This document shows positions 38,381 to 48,832 of a stretch of DNA of 64,000 bases, piece by piece. The DNA is from an uncultured Candidatus Saccharibacteria bacterium (GTDB lineage Bacteria; Patescibacteriota; JABMPQ01; JAQVVF01). A model generated the notes under the pieces. The model saw only the letters and a program-made list of their open reading frames with translations, was not told where the DNA came from and did not search any database. The position numbers were made by a program, and so were the translations under genes. Numbering within the stretch: position 1 is the stretch's first letter; every line of letters starts with the position of its first letter. The DNA lies in contig CAZNOH010000001.1 in the NCBI GenBank assembly GCA_964574655.1, positions 265,852 through 329,851 on the forward strand. The letters are read 5' to 3'.

Positions 38381-40258
38381 TTACATTTTTTCGGGGGCTT
38401 CGATTCCAAGCAATTCGAGGCCTTTTCTGATTACAATGCCGGTACATTTACAGAGTGCAAGGCGAGCAATTTTAGTCGGTTCTGGCACTTCGTCGGAAAG
38501 GATCCGATGGGCATTGTAGAACCGGTTGAAAGCTCTTGCAAGTTCGAAGAGGTAGGCCGAAATTTTTGATGGGTCATGGTTTTCGGCTGTAGCTTGAATC
38601 GTTGGTCCAAACTCAGTGAGAGCAAGGAGCAAGGAGTGCTCATCGCTCTCTTGTAATGCAGAGTAGTCAGTCGGAATTGTTGTCTCTCCAGCTTTTCGAA
38701 GTAGACTGGCAATTCTGGCATGTGTGTATTGGACGAAAGGTCCAGTACGGCCATTGAATGCGATTGACTTTTTGGGGTCATAGCGCATTTCTGAGAGAGC
38801 TTTGCTATCAAGGAAGAAGAATTTCAATGCTCCGAGTCCGACTTGGCGAGAGATCTCGTCTAGTTCGGCTTTAGAAAGCTTTTCTTCCCTTCCTTCGTTG
38901 AGAGCTTCAGCTTCAGTTTTGGCTAGTTCGACGATGCTTCTGATCAGATCATCAGCATCGATGATTTTGCCCAAGCGTGACTTCATCTTTCCTTCAGGTA
39001 GGTTGACCATACCGTAGGGAAGATGATAGAGCACTGTGTCCTTGACTTCTTCGATGCCGAGCATTTTTAGAAGCAGGAACAGAACTTTGAAATGGTGGAT
39101 CTGTTCAGAACCGACCACGTAGACAGATTTAGCAAGCGGGCGATAGTCAGCAGACTTCAAGATGGCAGTGCCAATGTCTTGAGTAATATAGAGAGAAGTG
39201 CCATCGGCGCGGAGAAGGAGCTTGTTGTCAAGCCCTTCAGCACTCAGATTGGCATAGACTGATCCATCTTCCATGCGGAAGAAGATTCCACGAGCCAATC
39301 CGTCTTGGACGTGTTGTCGTCCGAGGAGATAGGTGTCGCTCTCATAGTAGATTCGGTCAAATTCGATTCCGAGCTTGGCAAGAGTTGCATCGAAACCAGC
39401 ATAGGTCCAGTTGTTCATCATGTGCCAAAGGGCCATGACTTCCGGATCGCTGGCTTCCCATTTCAGGAGCATTTCTTTGACAGCCAAGGCTGGCGGATAC
39501 TGTTCTAGGAAAGCAGTTTTGCGTTCTTCCTTGTCATCCAAAGGAGCTTGTGGATCAAGTCCCTGAGATGTGAGAAGAGTAGCAAAAGCTTCATCTTCTC
39601 TTTTTCCGTACATGGCGTAATAGCGTCCAACGAAGTGGTCACCCTTGGTGCCAGTACTTTCTGGAGTTTCACCATCGCCCCAAGTCTGCCAAGCATAGAT
39701 GCTCTTGCAGATGTGGGCGCCACGGTCATTGATCAAGTTTGCTCGGATAACTTCAAATCCCATTGCTTGGAAAATTCGAGAGATGCTTGCACCAAGCAGA
39801 GCATTTCGAACATGTCCAAGATGCAAAGGCTTGTTGGAGTTTGGAGCCAGGAACTCGATCATCACTCGTTGGCCGTTGCCAACAGTGCTTGTGCCGTAGC
39901 TTAGGCTTTCTTCTAAGATCTGCGAGCAGACCAGTCTGGCCAAAGCTCCGGTGTTGAGGTGGATATTGACAAATGGTCCTTGAGCTTCAGCTCTTGCAAT
40001 TAAGTCCGAGGTTTCGAAACAACCAGTGATCCATTCAGCAATGTCTTTGGGATCGCCGAAGTCTTTCAGTTGAAAACAAGGAAATGCGAAATCGCCGAGT
40101 TCAGGCTTGGGCGGTTTTTTCATTTTGTCAGGAGAAAATTCTGTTGCAGAAAAATCTGGATTGATTGCTTGTTGCGCTGCAATCAAAAGTTGAGTGCAGA
40201 CAAATTCCAATAGATCTTGCGCTTTCATTTCGGGCCTCCTTTTATCAGACATCATCAC
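38381..40258 (-). CDS. argS: Arginine--tRNA ligase
   Basis: PNSNKPLHLGHVRN, LRADGTSLYITQD, YVVGSEQ..HF, KMKSR.G, G.TGPFVQYTHARI, PEKM. Confidence 0.97.
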   Translation of the reverse strand: MMMSDKRRPEMKAQDLLEFVCTQLLIAAQQAINPDFSATEFSPDKMKKPPKPELGDFAFPCFQLKDFGDPKDIAEWITGCFETSDLIARAEAQGPFVNIHLNTGALARLVCSQILEESLSYGTSTVGNGQRVMIEFLAPNSNKPLHLGHVRNALLGASISRIFQAMGFEVIRANLINDRGAHICKSIYAWQTWGDGETPESTGTKGDHFVGRYYAMYGKREDEAFATLLTSQGLDPQAPLDDKEERKTAFLEQYPPALAVKEMLLKWEASDPEVMALWHMMNNWTYAGFDATLAKLGIEFDRIYYESDTYLLGRQHVQDGLARGIFFRMEDGSVYANLSAEGLDNKLLLRADGTSLYITQDIGTAILKSADYRPLAKSVYVVGSEQIHHFKVLFLLLKMLGIEEVKDTVLYHLPYGMVNLPEGKMKSRLGKIIDADDLIRSIVELAKTEAEALNEGREEKLSKAELDEISRQVGLGALKFFFLDSKALSEMRYDPKKSIAFNGRTGPFVQYTHARIASLLRKAGETTIPTDYSALQESDEHSLLLALTEFGPTIQATAENHDPSKISAYLFELARAFNRFYNAHRILSDEVPEPTKIARLALCKCTGIVIRKGLELLGIEAPEKM

Positions 40259-41483
40259 GCAGGAGCGGGCAGGTCATACAACGAGGACCACCGCGACCGC
40301 GAGAGAGTTCAGCGCCGGGGAGGGCAATAGCAAGTTTCCAGCCAACATTCTCGTGCTGATACATATAATATCCGGAATTGCGGACGAATTCATCGGCATC
40401 AATTACCTTGTAGCCACGTGTGCTGAGTTCCAGCAGAGTGTTGTCATTACAGTCGTAACCAATGACAACGCCAGGCGCAAGGGCAAACATGTTGGCGCCA
40501 TCAGTCCATTGCTCGCGCAATTGACTGATTTCGTTATTACCGCCGCAGACGATTGGATCAAGTTCGATGCCATTGGCATAAAGAAATTCAATCAAATTGC
40601 ATTCTTCAGTGGTCCATCTATTGATTTTCTTCGAACGGTATTCGATTTTCAGCTCACCATTTTTGAGAACCTTGGGGGCGTGAACAATCGCTTCGGTTTG
40701 TGAGATGCGAGTAAAGATGGTATCGAGGTGCATGCAAGAGCGAGCTTTGGCGAGCCTGACTCGAGCGACGGTTTGGAAACCGTTTTGGAGCAGCCGATCG
40801 GCGAGCCGGTCGATAGCAGTTTCGTTGGTTCTTTCGGAGCAGCCGACCAAAACGACATGTTCGTTCATCACTGCCATGTCTCCGCCTTCGATAGTGACGA
40901 TTTGGTCTTGTCCTTCATTGATATCGATTTGTTTGAGACCGGCGAAGAGCGGATGGTACTTTAGAACTAGCTGGGTCAGCGCCATCTCTCGCTTTCGGGC
41001 TTTTTTGCTGGCGTAGCATGAGACTGCATGATTGCCGACGATTGCTGCGATATCACGAGTGAAAATCAAGTTTGGTGCGGGATGGAAATATTCTTCATCG
41101 TCCAGCTGGCCATCATGCCGACCAACAATCAGAGTTCGAGTGAGCTGGTCGCCTTCGAGCCTAAGTAGTTTTTCCTGAATTCTTTTGGAGATACGTTTGA
41201 TTTCAATAACAATTTGAATTGCTTGTTTGCGGACATCTGGATCTCTAAATACGTAGGTCATTAGGTCTTCGATGGTCACGACATCAGCAACGGCGCGAAT
41301 AATTTCGACAAAAGTTTGATATTCTTGCTTGGTTCTTCCCATATTAACAATGTCATCATAGAGCAGAGATCGACAGTTCTGAGGAGTCAAAAGTGCATGA
41401 TTATTTCCAGGGAAATGAAGCATGACTTGACGGAGTCGTCCGATTTCTGAATAAATTCTCAATCCTGTTGTTGCCTGTTCCAT
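40245..41483 (-). CDS. arcA: Arginine deiminase
   Basis: SEIGRLR.V.LH.PG, LLYDD, PNLIFTRD, IEGGD, MHLDT, EQWTDGAN, ELSRGRGGPRCMTCP. Confidence 0.95.
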   Translation of the reverse strand: MEQATTGLRIYSEIGRLRQVMLHFPGNNHALLTPQNCRSLLYDDIVNMGRTKQEYQTFVEIIRAVADVVTIEDLMTYVFRDPDVRKQAIQIVIEIKRISKRIQEKLLRLEGDQLTRTLIVGRHDGQLDDEEYFHPAPNLIFTRDIAAIVGNHAVSCYASKKARKREMALTQLVLKYHPLFAGLKQIDINEGQDQIVTIEGGDMAVMNEHVVLVGCSERTNETAIDRLADRLLQNGFQTVARVRLAKARSCMHLDTIFTRISQTEAIVHAPKVLKNGELKIEYRSKKINRWTTEECNLIEFLYANGIELDPIVCGGNNEISQLREQWTDGANMFALAPGVVIGYDCNDNTLLELSTRGYKVIDADEFVRNSGYYMYQHENVGWKLAIALPGAELSRGRGGPRCMTCPLLRDDV

Positions 41484-41704
41484 CTTTTTTTCGCTCCTTG
41501 CAGGTTTTCTCCTGCTGTTGTCTTGAGATTCTATTCGTTTCCAAATTTTCTGAAAAAATGTAATAAATTGTGAAGGTGCTTCTGGACATTATAATCTTAT
41601 AATAGATTATTGCAATAGCTTTAGGCTAAGCGTGCTATTGTTATAATTTTAAGGACGTGTTAAATTATGTTGAACAGGTTACCCGAGGAAGGGAGGAGGA
41701 GAAA

Positions 41705-42925
41705 ATGACAGAGACGGAACGTTTGATTGGGTTGGAAGATGCGTATGGAGCCAGAATTTACAGCACTTTGCCAATAGTTTTCAAAGAAGCAAATGGAGCA
41801 ATTTTGACTGATGTTGAAGGTATCGAATATATCGATGCTTATTCTGCTTATAGCGCCAATATCAGTCATCGAGATCCTCGTTTGATTTGTGCGGTAATGG
41901 GTCAGTATATGACTGGTCTTGCTTTGACTGCGCGTTGCGTTCATCACAATCGGCTTGGGCCTTGGATGGAAAGAGTGTGCAAGCTGACTGGAATGGATCG
42001 AGTTATTCCGAAGAATGGCGGAGTTGAAGCAGATGAGGCAGCGTGGAAAGCAATGTTGCGTTATGGTGTTCGAAAGATGGGAATTGAAAATGGGAATCAG
42101 AGAATTGTGGTGATGAAGGGTGCATTTTCTGGTCGGACATTGACTGCTTTGTCGGCAATGGACAATGAAAAGTATCGGAAAGATTTTGGTCCGATGAGTC
42201 CAGTTTTTGTTCCTGTTGAATTTGGAAATTTGATTGCATTAATACATGCATTGAGAGACGAAAATGTAGTTGGGGTGTTTATGGAACCATGGCTTGGTGA
42301 AGGTGGAGTAATTCCTGCGCCACGAGGTTATCTGGTTGCTGTTGTGAAAGAAGCGCACAAAATGGGAAAGATTGTTGTTTTTGATGAGATTCAAACTGGA
42401 CTTGGTCGAACAGGCAAGCTTTTTGCTTGGCAACATGATGGCGGAAAAGCTAAACCGGATGGTATTTGTCTTGGCAAGGCTTTGTCTGGTGGAATGTTCC
42501 CAATGAGTGCATTCTTGGGGACAGAAGACTTGATGAGTGTTTTTGATCCTGGATCTGATGGTTCAACCTATGGTGGAAATCCAGTTGCTTGCGCTGCGTC
42601 TATGGCGGCACTGGATATCATCGAACAGGATGATTTGGTTGAAAAGTCGCGAGACATGGGTGAAAGGGCTCTGAATTTTTTCAGAACAAACTTGGAGCAA
42701 ATACCTGGCGTAGTCGATATTCGTGGTGGAGGCTTGTTTATTGGAATCCAATTGGATCGACCTGTTGCGCCAGTTTGTGAAATGTTGCTTCAGAAATATC
42801 ATGTTGTTTGTTTGGATACGCACAAAGATGTCTTGCGTTTTGCGCCCCCTCTTTGTATTACTGAGTATCAATTTCAAAAAGTTATATCGAAGATTGTTGA
42901 AGCAATCGAAACGTTCCTTGCTTAG
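41705..42925 (+). CDS. rocD: Ornithine aminotransferase (class III PLP)
   Basis: YIDAYSAYSAN, EP..GEGGV..., DEIQTGLGRTG, LGKALSGGM.P, GSTYGGNP. Confidence 0.85.
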   Translation: MTETERLIGLEDAYGARIYSTLPIVFKEANGAILTDVEGIEYIDAYSAYSANISHRDPRLICAVMGQYMTGLALTARCVHHNRLGPWMERVCKLTGMDRVIPKNGGVEADEAAWKAMLRYGVRKMGIENGNQRIVVMKGAFSGRTLTALSAMDNEKYRKDFGPMSPVFVPVEFGNLIALIHALRDENVVGVFMEPWLGEGGVIPAPRGYLVAVVKEAHKMGKIVVFDEIQTGLGRTGKLFAWQHDGGKAKPDGICLGKALSGGMFPMSAFLGTEDLMSVFDPGSDGSTYGGNPVACAASMAALDIIEQDDLVEKSRDMGERALNFFRTNLEQIPGVVDIRGGGLFIGIQLDRPVAPVCEMLLQKYHVVCLDTHKDVLRFAPPLCITEYQFQKVISKIVEAIETFLA

Positions 42926-42987
42926 AACTCACTAATTTTGTGAGTTTTTTTATTTGGTAAAATAAAAAAAACGACATTTAGAGTCGT

Positions 42988-43929
42988 TTAAAGTTCAGGC
43001 AGAAAGATTTCAGCGAGCATGCAACGAGCACTGCCACCGCCATATGTTTCAATAGTATCAAGAGGAATTTGGAGAATTGTGCCATGGTTTTGAAGCATTT
43101 CAATTTGTTCTTGTGCGAGAAACGTGTATGCTTGTTTTGACATGACGATAAATCTTCGGCCAGTTTTACTTTTGATTTGGAGTACATTGCCGGCAAAGTG
43201 GTTCATTTGCTCCATTGTCAACTCGATTATTTCGCGGCGTGCAAGACGGGCATGAGTAAGAATGCTTTGATGATATCGGTCTGGAATAGCTTTTAGACAA
43301 ACGATTTGGAATTGTTCGCCGATGGACATCACAACATTGGTGTGGTAAACAGGAATGGTGTTTTGATTAAATGCTTGAAAAGCTACCAAAGAGTACATCA
43401 TTTTTTTAGCGAATTCTTCCAAGACTTTGAGATGAGTTCGTGGTGAGAGACAAGCGTAAGCAATTCCGTTTCGGCGATCAAGTACCATACTGCCTGTTCC
43501 TTCAAGGAAGAGACCTTGTTCTTCCTGGGCAGTGATATCAGATATTGTACTGATTTTGAATTTGGTTGCAAGTTGTTCAATGATGTCATGTCTTCTTTCT
43601 GGGCGGCGGTTTTCAGCTAGCATCGGATAGATAACAACAGTTCCGTTTTCATGGAAAGAAACCCAATTGTTGGGAAAGATTGAGTCTGGTGTGTGAGGTT
43701 CTGGTGTATCTTCAATTACAATAACATTTACTCCGTGATTTCGAAGTATTGCAACAAAGTTATCAAATTCTTTTAGCGCAGCTTGATGAGTCTCTGGAAT
43801 TTGTGAATTCACATCGTCTTTTTGGAATGTGCAGGTTTCAACAGTTTGTGTGTTTAAAGTGAATCGGGCTGGTCTGATCATAAGTATAGAACTCGTTGTT
43901 TGTTGTTCTAGTGTTACTTTGTTTTTCAT
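42988..43929 (-). CDS. ctlX: Citrulline utilization hydrolase (amidinotransferase family)
   Basis: ILMIRP.F..N.QT, TPDSIFPNNW.S.H, YPM.A.NRR.ER, LEGTGS.VLDR, YHTNV.M, GGGSARCM.AE. Confidence 0.88.
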   Translation of the reverse strand: MKNKVTLEQQTTSSILMIRPARFTLNTQTVETCTFQKDDVNSQIPETHQAALKEFDNFVAILRNHGVNVIVIEDTPEPHTPDSIFPNNWVSFHENGTVVIYPMLAENRRPERRHDIIEQLATKFKISTISDITAQEEQGLFLEGTGSMVLDRRNGIAYACLSPRTHLKVLEEFAKKMMYSLVAFQAFNQNTIPVYHTNVVMSIGEQFQIVCLKAIPDRYHQSILTHARLARREIIELTMEQMNHFAGNVLQIKSKTGRRFIVMSKQAYTFLAQEQIEMLQNHGTILQIPLDTIETYGGGSARCMLAEIFLPEL

Positions 43930-44033
43930 CTTCGTCCCTCCTTGTTGGGAAAGTGCTATAGTTAGCATAGGCTTAAAATATTTGTTTGTCAATTTTTGTC
44001 AAAGAAAAAACAACATCAAAGATGTTGTTTGGG

Positions 44034-44107
44034 TGGTCCTGGCCGGGTTCGAACCGGTGACCTTTCGCTCCGCAGGCGAACGCTCTATCCAGCTGAGCTA
44101 CAGGACC
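44034..44107 (-). tRNA. tRNA-Arg(GCG)
   Basis: Anticodon arm TTCGC-CT-GCG-GA-GCGAA; A20 present. Confidence 0.93.
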
Positions 44108-44187
44108 TAAAGGTGCAAAATGTCAATGTGTTGTGTGAAGGTGCGAGAAGAAATAAATTGGTTGTTTTGCAAAAAGTGTTAACTTTT

Positions 44188-44263
44188 TGGTAGGCCTGAT
44201 CGGGCTCGAACCGACGACCCTCCGCTTAGAAGGCGGACGCTCTATCCACTGAGCTACAGGCCC
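44188..44263 (-). tRNA. tRNA-Arg(UCU)
   Basis: TCCGC-CT-TCT-AA-GCGGA; encoded CCA. Confidence 0.94.
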
Positions 44264-44295
44264 GAAAATCTGAATGAATAAACTGAATTTCTGGG

Positions 44296-44369
44296 TGGGC
44301 GTGACCAGATTCGAACTGGCGACCATCCGCTTCGAAGGCGGATACTCTATCCACCTGAGCTACACGCCC
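44296..44369 (-). tRNA. tRNA-Arg(UCG)
   Basis: TCCGC-CT-TCG-AA-GCGGA. Confidence 0.94.
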
Positions 44370-44387
44370 TAATGAGAACTGATGTCG

Positions 44388-44461
44388 TGACCCCAGCGAG
44401 GTTCGAACCCGCGACCTACGGATTAGGAATCCGTCGCTCTATCCAGCTGAGCTATGGGGCC
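44388..44461 (-). tRNA. tRNA-Arg(CCU)
   Basis: ACGGA-TT-CCT-AA-TCCGT. Confidence 0.94.
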
Positions 44462-44480
44462 TAAAAGGAACAAGAATGAA

Positions 44481-44556
<76 letters not shown>

Positions 44557-44593
44557 GAACTTCGAAAGCGAAGATATTTATTTCTAATATTGT

Positions 44594-44622
44594 AGTTTAA
44601 TGTAATTGATTTAAGATGTCAA
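44594..44622 (-). promoter_or_regulatory. Promoter of the tRNA-Arg operon
   Basis: TTGACA-17-TAAACT on the minus strand; terminator-like hairpin at 44005-44030 after the last tRNA. Confidence 0.7.
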
Positions 44623-44711
44623 GAGAATCTCGTTTTATGATTGTTTGACAAAAGAATTTCAAAAATTGGATGGTTTAAAAAAACTATGACAAAAAAATCA
44701 TGGTTTTAAAA

Positions 44712-45254
44712 CTATTTTTTGTTTATTTTTTTGTCAAGTTCTTTGCGAGTATAAAGTTTTTTATTCCAAGTTTTCTTTGAAATAGGAAAGGGTTTGTTTC
44801 TTTTTAAATAGCTAATCAATTCATTTAAAACTCCAATGCAGTATTGAGCGGTCACTTTTTTCAGAAGGCTAGATTTTGAAATATCATTTATTGGAAAAGT
44901 TCTGACTATTATAATTTTTCCATGATCGATTTTTATATCCATAAAATGCGAGGTAACACCGTAATTTTTATCTTTGTTTTTTATTGCATAATAATAACCT
45001 CCTATGCCTCTGTATTTTGGAGGTGCGGGGTGAATATTAATAGCTCCCTTTTTTGCTTTTTTGAGGATTTTTTCATTTAAAATGAGATCTGATTTGTAGG
45101 AAATTATCCAATCTCCTTTCCAATTGCTTATCTGAGATGGATATTTGTTACCATGATTATAAAGAATTATTAAATTTTCCAAAAAATTACTTTGTATAAT
45201 TTTTGTAGCAAGCTTACTCGAATTTGATTTGTCGCCTATAAATAATATTTTCAT
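44712..45254 (-). CDS. Formyltransferase N-terminal-domain protein
   Basis: AINIHPAPPKYRG, GVTSHFMD..IDHG.II. Confidence 0.82.
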   Translation of the reverse strand: MKILFIGDKSNSSKLATKIIQSNFLENLIILYNHGNKYPSQISNWKGDWIISYKSDLILNEKILKKAKKGAINIHPAPPKYRGIGGYYYAIKNKDKNYGVTSHFMDIKIDHGKIIIVRTFPINDISKSSLLKKVTAQYCIGVLNELISYLKRNKPFPISKKTWNKKLYTRKELDKKINKK

Positions 45255-45425
45255 ATTTTTATGTAAATAGTTTTTCGAGACTGTATTGCAAGCTAATAAT
45301 TTTATTTAAATTGTTCTTGTAAATTTTACTATTTATGTTGGCACGTCTTAAAATTTTTGTCAAGATGTTTATAACTTTGTTGACAAAAAAACTCAAGACG
45401 CTATTATGGTATAAATACTTATATT

Positions 45426-46373
45426 ATGATTAAAGTAGAAAATCTTACAAAAACATACGCAGATTTTAAAGCGCTTGACGGTGTTTCTTTTGAGGTTCAA
45501 AAGGGAGAAGTCATTGGCTTTTTAGGTCCTAATGGCGCTGGAAAAACAACAACAATGAGAATTTTGACTGGTTTTTTCCCTCCAACTTCAGGAAGAGTTG
45601 AGATTGATGGTTTTGATGTTTTTAGCGATTCATTGGAAGTTCGCAAAAGAATTGGTTACTTGCCAGAAAATACGCCATTATATCAAGACATGGAAGTTTA
45701 TTCTTTTTTGAGATATATTGCAGAATTGAAAGATGTTGAACCAGAAAAGAAAAATCAGCATATCAAGAATATTATGATTCGTTGCGGAATTGAACACATG
45801 AAAAATGAAATTATTTCTCGCCTTTCAAAAGGTTATAAACAAAGAGTTGGTTTAGCGCAAGCGTTGATTGGCGATCCAAAGGTTTTGATTCTAGATGAAC
45901 CAACAATTGGTTTAGATCCAAAGCAGATTATTGAGATTAGAAATTTGATTAAAGAATTAGGCAAGGAAAAAACAATTATATTATCAACTCATATTTTACC
46001 AGAAGTTGCAGTTACTTGTTCTAGAGTGATTATTATCAATGACGGAAAGATTGTAGCTGAAGACACGCCAGAGAATTTGGAAAATAAGGTTTCTGGAGTG
46101 GCAAAAGTAATTGTTACGGTGCGTGGTGGAAATCCTGATTTAATCAAGACAAGATTGCAAGGAATCAAGGGTGTCAGTAATGTGACTGTTTTAAAAAATA
46201 ATGCAGGTTTAACTGATTTAAGCGTTCAATCAGAAAAGGATGTTGATACTAGAGATAAGATTTCGCAAATTGTTGTTCAAAATAATTGGGGATTGATTGA
46301 AATGCACAGAGAGACATTAGGATTAGAAGAAATATTTTTGAAACTTACAAAGAAGGAAAATTCTAAATCCTAA
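45426..46373 (+). CDS. ABC-2 transporter ATPase (GldA-like)
   Basis: GPNGAGKTT, LSKGYKQR, LDEPTIGLDP. Confidence 0.92.
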   Translation: MIKVENLTKTYADFKALDGVSFEVQKGEVIGFLGPNGAGKTTTMRILTGFFPPTSGRVEIDGFDVFSDSLEVRKRIGYLPENTPLYQDMEVYSFLRYIAELKDVEPEKKNQHIKNIMIRCGIEHMKNEIISRLSKGYKQRVGLAQALIGDPKVLILDEPTIGLDPKQIIEIRNLIKELGKEKTIILSTHILPEVAVTCSRVIIINDGKIVAEDTPENLENKVSGVAKVIVTVRGGNPDLIKTRLQGIKGVSNVTVLKNNAGLTDLSVQSEKDVDTRDKISQIVVQNNWGLIEMHRETLGLEEIFLKLTKKENSKS

Positions 46374-46508
46374 ACTCGTTAAAAGCTTCTAAGGTCGCTT
46401 TTAACTTCTAAATAAATTCAAATGATAAAATTACAAATTCGACAAAGAGTTTTAAAGATTTTAATTTTGAGTTTATTTAGAATTTAGGATTTAGAGTTTT
46501 GAATTTAA
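46359..46508. repeat. CTAAAT/TTTAG hairpin element
   Basis: aattctaaatcctaaa...ctaaataaattcaaa / tttgagtttatttagaatttaggatttag; supplies the upstream stop. Confidence 0.75.
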
Positions 46509-46514
46509 GAAATT

Positions 46515-47225
46515 ATGCATAATATTTTAACGATTGCAAAAAAAGAGTTAAGATCATATTTTTTATCATCGATTGCTTATGTAGTATTTGCGATGTTTTT
46601 GCTTTTGGCAGGTTATTTTTTCACTGTAATTTTATTGTATACCCAAGAAGCTTCGTTAAAAGGCGTGGCATATAATATTGTAATTACTTTGTTATTCTTG
46701 ATTCCTTTATTGACGATGAGAACATTTGCTGAAGAAAGACGGCAAGGTACTTTGGAATTATTAATGACAAAGCCAGTTACTGATTTAGAAGTGGTGTTAG
46801 GCAAGTTTTTTGCTGTAACTGCGATGTATTTTATAATGCTTTTGTCAACTGTTGCATATGTATTTATTTTGATTAAATATGGAAATCCTGACATGGGTCC
46901 AATTTATTCTGCTTATATTGGATTGATTTTGGTTGGATTGTCTTTTATTGCTTTGGGTGTTTTTGTTTCAACTTTAACTGAAAATCAGATTGTGGCAGCA
47001 GTAATCGGTTTTGCTTTAATTCTATTGCTTTGGGTTTTGTCTTGGGCATCATCACAATTTACTGGCAATATGGCAGAAATAATTTCTTATTTGTCTTTAT
47101 CTGGGCATTACGATAATTTTGTAAAAGGCGTGATTGATCTAAAGGATGTAGTCTATTATTTGAGTTTTATTATATTTTGGCTATTTGTAACTGTAGAATC
47201 AGTTGGAATAAGAAGATGGAAATAA
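46515..47225 (+). CDS. ABC-2 permease (GldF-like)
   Basis: KELRSYF.S.IAY, TMR.FAEE...GT.ELL.T.P. Confidence 0.88.
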   Translation: MHNILTIAKKELRSYFLSSIAYVVFAMFLLLAGYFFTVILLYTQEASLKGVAYNIVITLLFLIPLLTMRTFAEERRQGTLELLMTKPVTDLEVVLGKFFAVTAMYFIMLLSTVAYVFILIKYGNPDMGPIYSAYIGLILVGLSFIALGVFVSTLTENQIVAAVIGFALILLLWVLSWASSQFTGNMAEIISYLSLSGHYDNFVKGVIDLKDVVYYLSFIIFWLFVTVESVGIRRWK

Positions 47226-47228
47226 AAG

Positions 47229-47342
47229 TCGCTAATATTTTGCTAATATTTGCGAATATTTTGCGAATAAAGTTAAAAATTATGACGGAAAATTAGTTTT
47301 TATTAGCAAATTATTAGCAAATATTTGCAAATGATTAGCGAG
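47229..47342. repeat. Empty GCTAAT/ATTAGC hairpin, same family as the arms flanking GxxExxY
   Basis: gcaaatgattagcga at 47327-47341 equals 10229-10243; GACG in the loop. Confidence 0.8.
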
Positions 47343-47349
47343 TAATTAT

Positions 47350-48804
47350 ATGAAATTTGATAAGAAAAAAATTAGCGAGAAGATCAAGAGTGTGAGCAGG
47401 AAAGCTGGCAATATTTTAGGTGCAAGACAAGCAAAATTTGGCAGCAATGCTTTAGTATTAATTTTGGCTTTGTTAGGTATTTTGATTTTGATTAATTATA
47501 TTGTAAGAAAAGAATCTGGAACTTTGAGATATGACATGACAAAAAATAAACAATTCACTTTGTCTGATCAAACAAAAAAAGTTTTAAAAAGTTTGAAAGA
47601 TGATGTAAATATTACAATTTTTTATCAAACTGATAATCCTTCTCGCGCTCAATTGCAAAATTTGTTGGGTGAATATAAGGCAAAAAATTCTTATATCAAA
47701 TTTGAATTTGTTGATCCTGATAAAAGTCCAACTAAAGCTCGAGAATTTGGAATTACAAGATATGGCACAATAGTTTTTAAAAAAGGAGATAAAACGGAAC
47801 AAACAACGGGTTTTTCAGAAAGTGATATAACTTCTAGTATTTTGAAATTAAGCAAGGACGGTAAAAAGGTTATTTATTTTATAATTGGACATAAAGAAAA
47901 GGATCTTAGCCTAACTTCAGAAAAAGGTTACAGCAGTATTAAAAACACTTTAGAAAAAGAAGGTTTTGAGATAAAAAATTTAAATTTAACTACGAACAGC
48001 AAGGTTCCAGACGACGCTTCTGTTGTTATTTTGGCTGGACCGCAAAAAGCGCTTTTAGATAAAGAAAAAGAAATATTAAAGAAATATTTAGATGAAAGAG
48101 ATGGCAAGTTATTTGCCTTAATTGATCCAAGAAAAGAAATAAAAGAAGATGTAAAAATGTCTGATCTGTTGGATGATTATGGCATTACATTGACAGATGG
48201 CATGGTAATTGATCCGACTAAAGCATTTTTTGGCGATGTTGCAGCACCTGTTGTAGAAAAATGGGAAAGCCATCAAATTACAGAAGGCTTGTCTGCAGCT
48301 TTTTTTCCTGGCGTACAAATGGTTTCTAAAATAGATAAAGCTCCTGAGAGTATTTTAGTTAGTGATCTTGGAAAAACAAGCAATGATTCTTGGTTAGAAA
48401 CAACTTTGGATACAGAAAAGGTAAAATATGATTCTGCAACTGATAAAAAAGGTCCAATTTCAATTGGCAGTGCTTCTCATCAAACTAAAAAGGTAAAAGA
48501 AGGCGATCAAGAAGTTACAAAAGAAGGTTTAAGAATAGTTGTGCTTGGTGATTCTGATTTTGCAGTGAATGGTTATGAAACATTTTTAGGAAATCAAGAT
48601 TTATTTGTTAATTCAGTGCTTTGGCTAGCTTCGGAAGAAGAGTTAATTTCTATTCGTCCAAAGGAAGAAGATCAGAGAACTGTTGCGTTAACAGGAAGCC
48701 AGGGCAGAGTTATATTTTACGTAACTGTTGTAATTATGCCGTTAATGGCAATTGGATTAGGAATATATGTTTGGTCAAGAAGAAGAAAAACAAGACGACA
48801 ATAA
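47350..48804 (+). CDS. GldG-family ABC auxiliary protein
   Basis: YDMT...FTLS.QT, YF..GH.E, GDSDF, N.DLF.N...WL, C-terminal TM. Confidence 0.88.
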   Translation: MKFDKKKISEKIKSVSRKAGNILGARQAKFGSNALVLILALLGILILINYIVRKESGTLRYDMTKNKQFTLSDQTKKVLKSLKDDVNITIFYQTDNPSRAQLQNLLGEYKAKNSYIKFEFVDPDKSPTKAREFGITRYGTIVFKKGDKTEQTTGFSESDITSSILKLSKDGKKVIYFIIGHKEKDLSLTSEKGYSSIKNTLEKEGFEIKNLNLTTNSKVPDDASVVILAGPQKALLDKEKEILKKYLDERDGKLFALIDPRKEIKEDVKMSDLLDDYGITLTDGMVIDPTKAFFGDVAAPVVEKWESHQITEGLSAAFFPGVQMVSKIDKAPESILVSDLGKTSNDSWLETTLDTEKVKYDSATDKKGPISIGSASHQTKKVKEGDQEVTKEGLRIVVLGDSDFAVNGYETFLGNQDLFVNSVLWLASEEELISIRPKEEDQRTVALTGSQGRVIFYVTVVIMPLMAIGLGIYVWSRRRKTRRQ

Positions 48805-48832
48805 TTTGTAAATTATATTAAGTTATTTTAAT

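Noticed and set aside
38431-41016. Overlapping alternative ORFs within argS/arcA (e.g. 40194..40703)
   Set aside because: Shadow frames expected in GC-richer coding DNA; no recognisable motifs
43829-44326. ORFs 43829..44110, 43996..44193 and 44123..44326
   Set aside because: They are translations across tRNA genes
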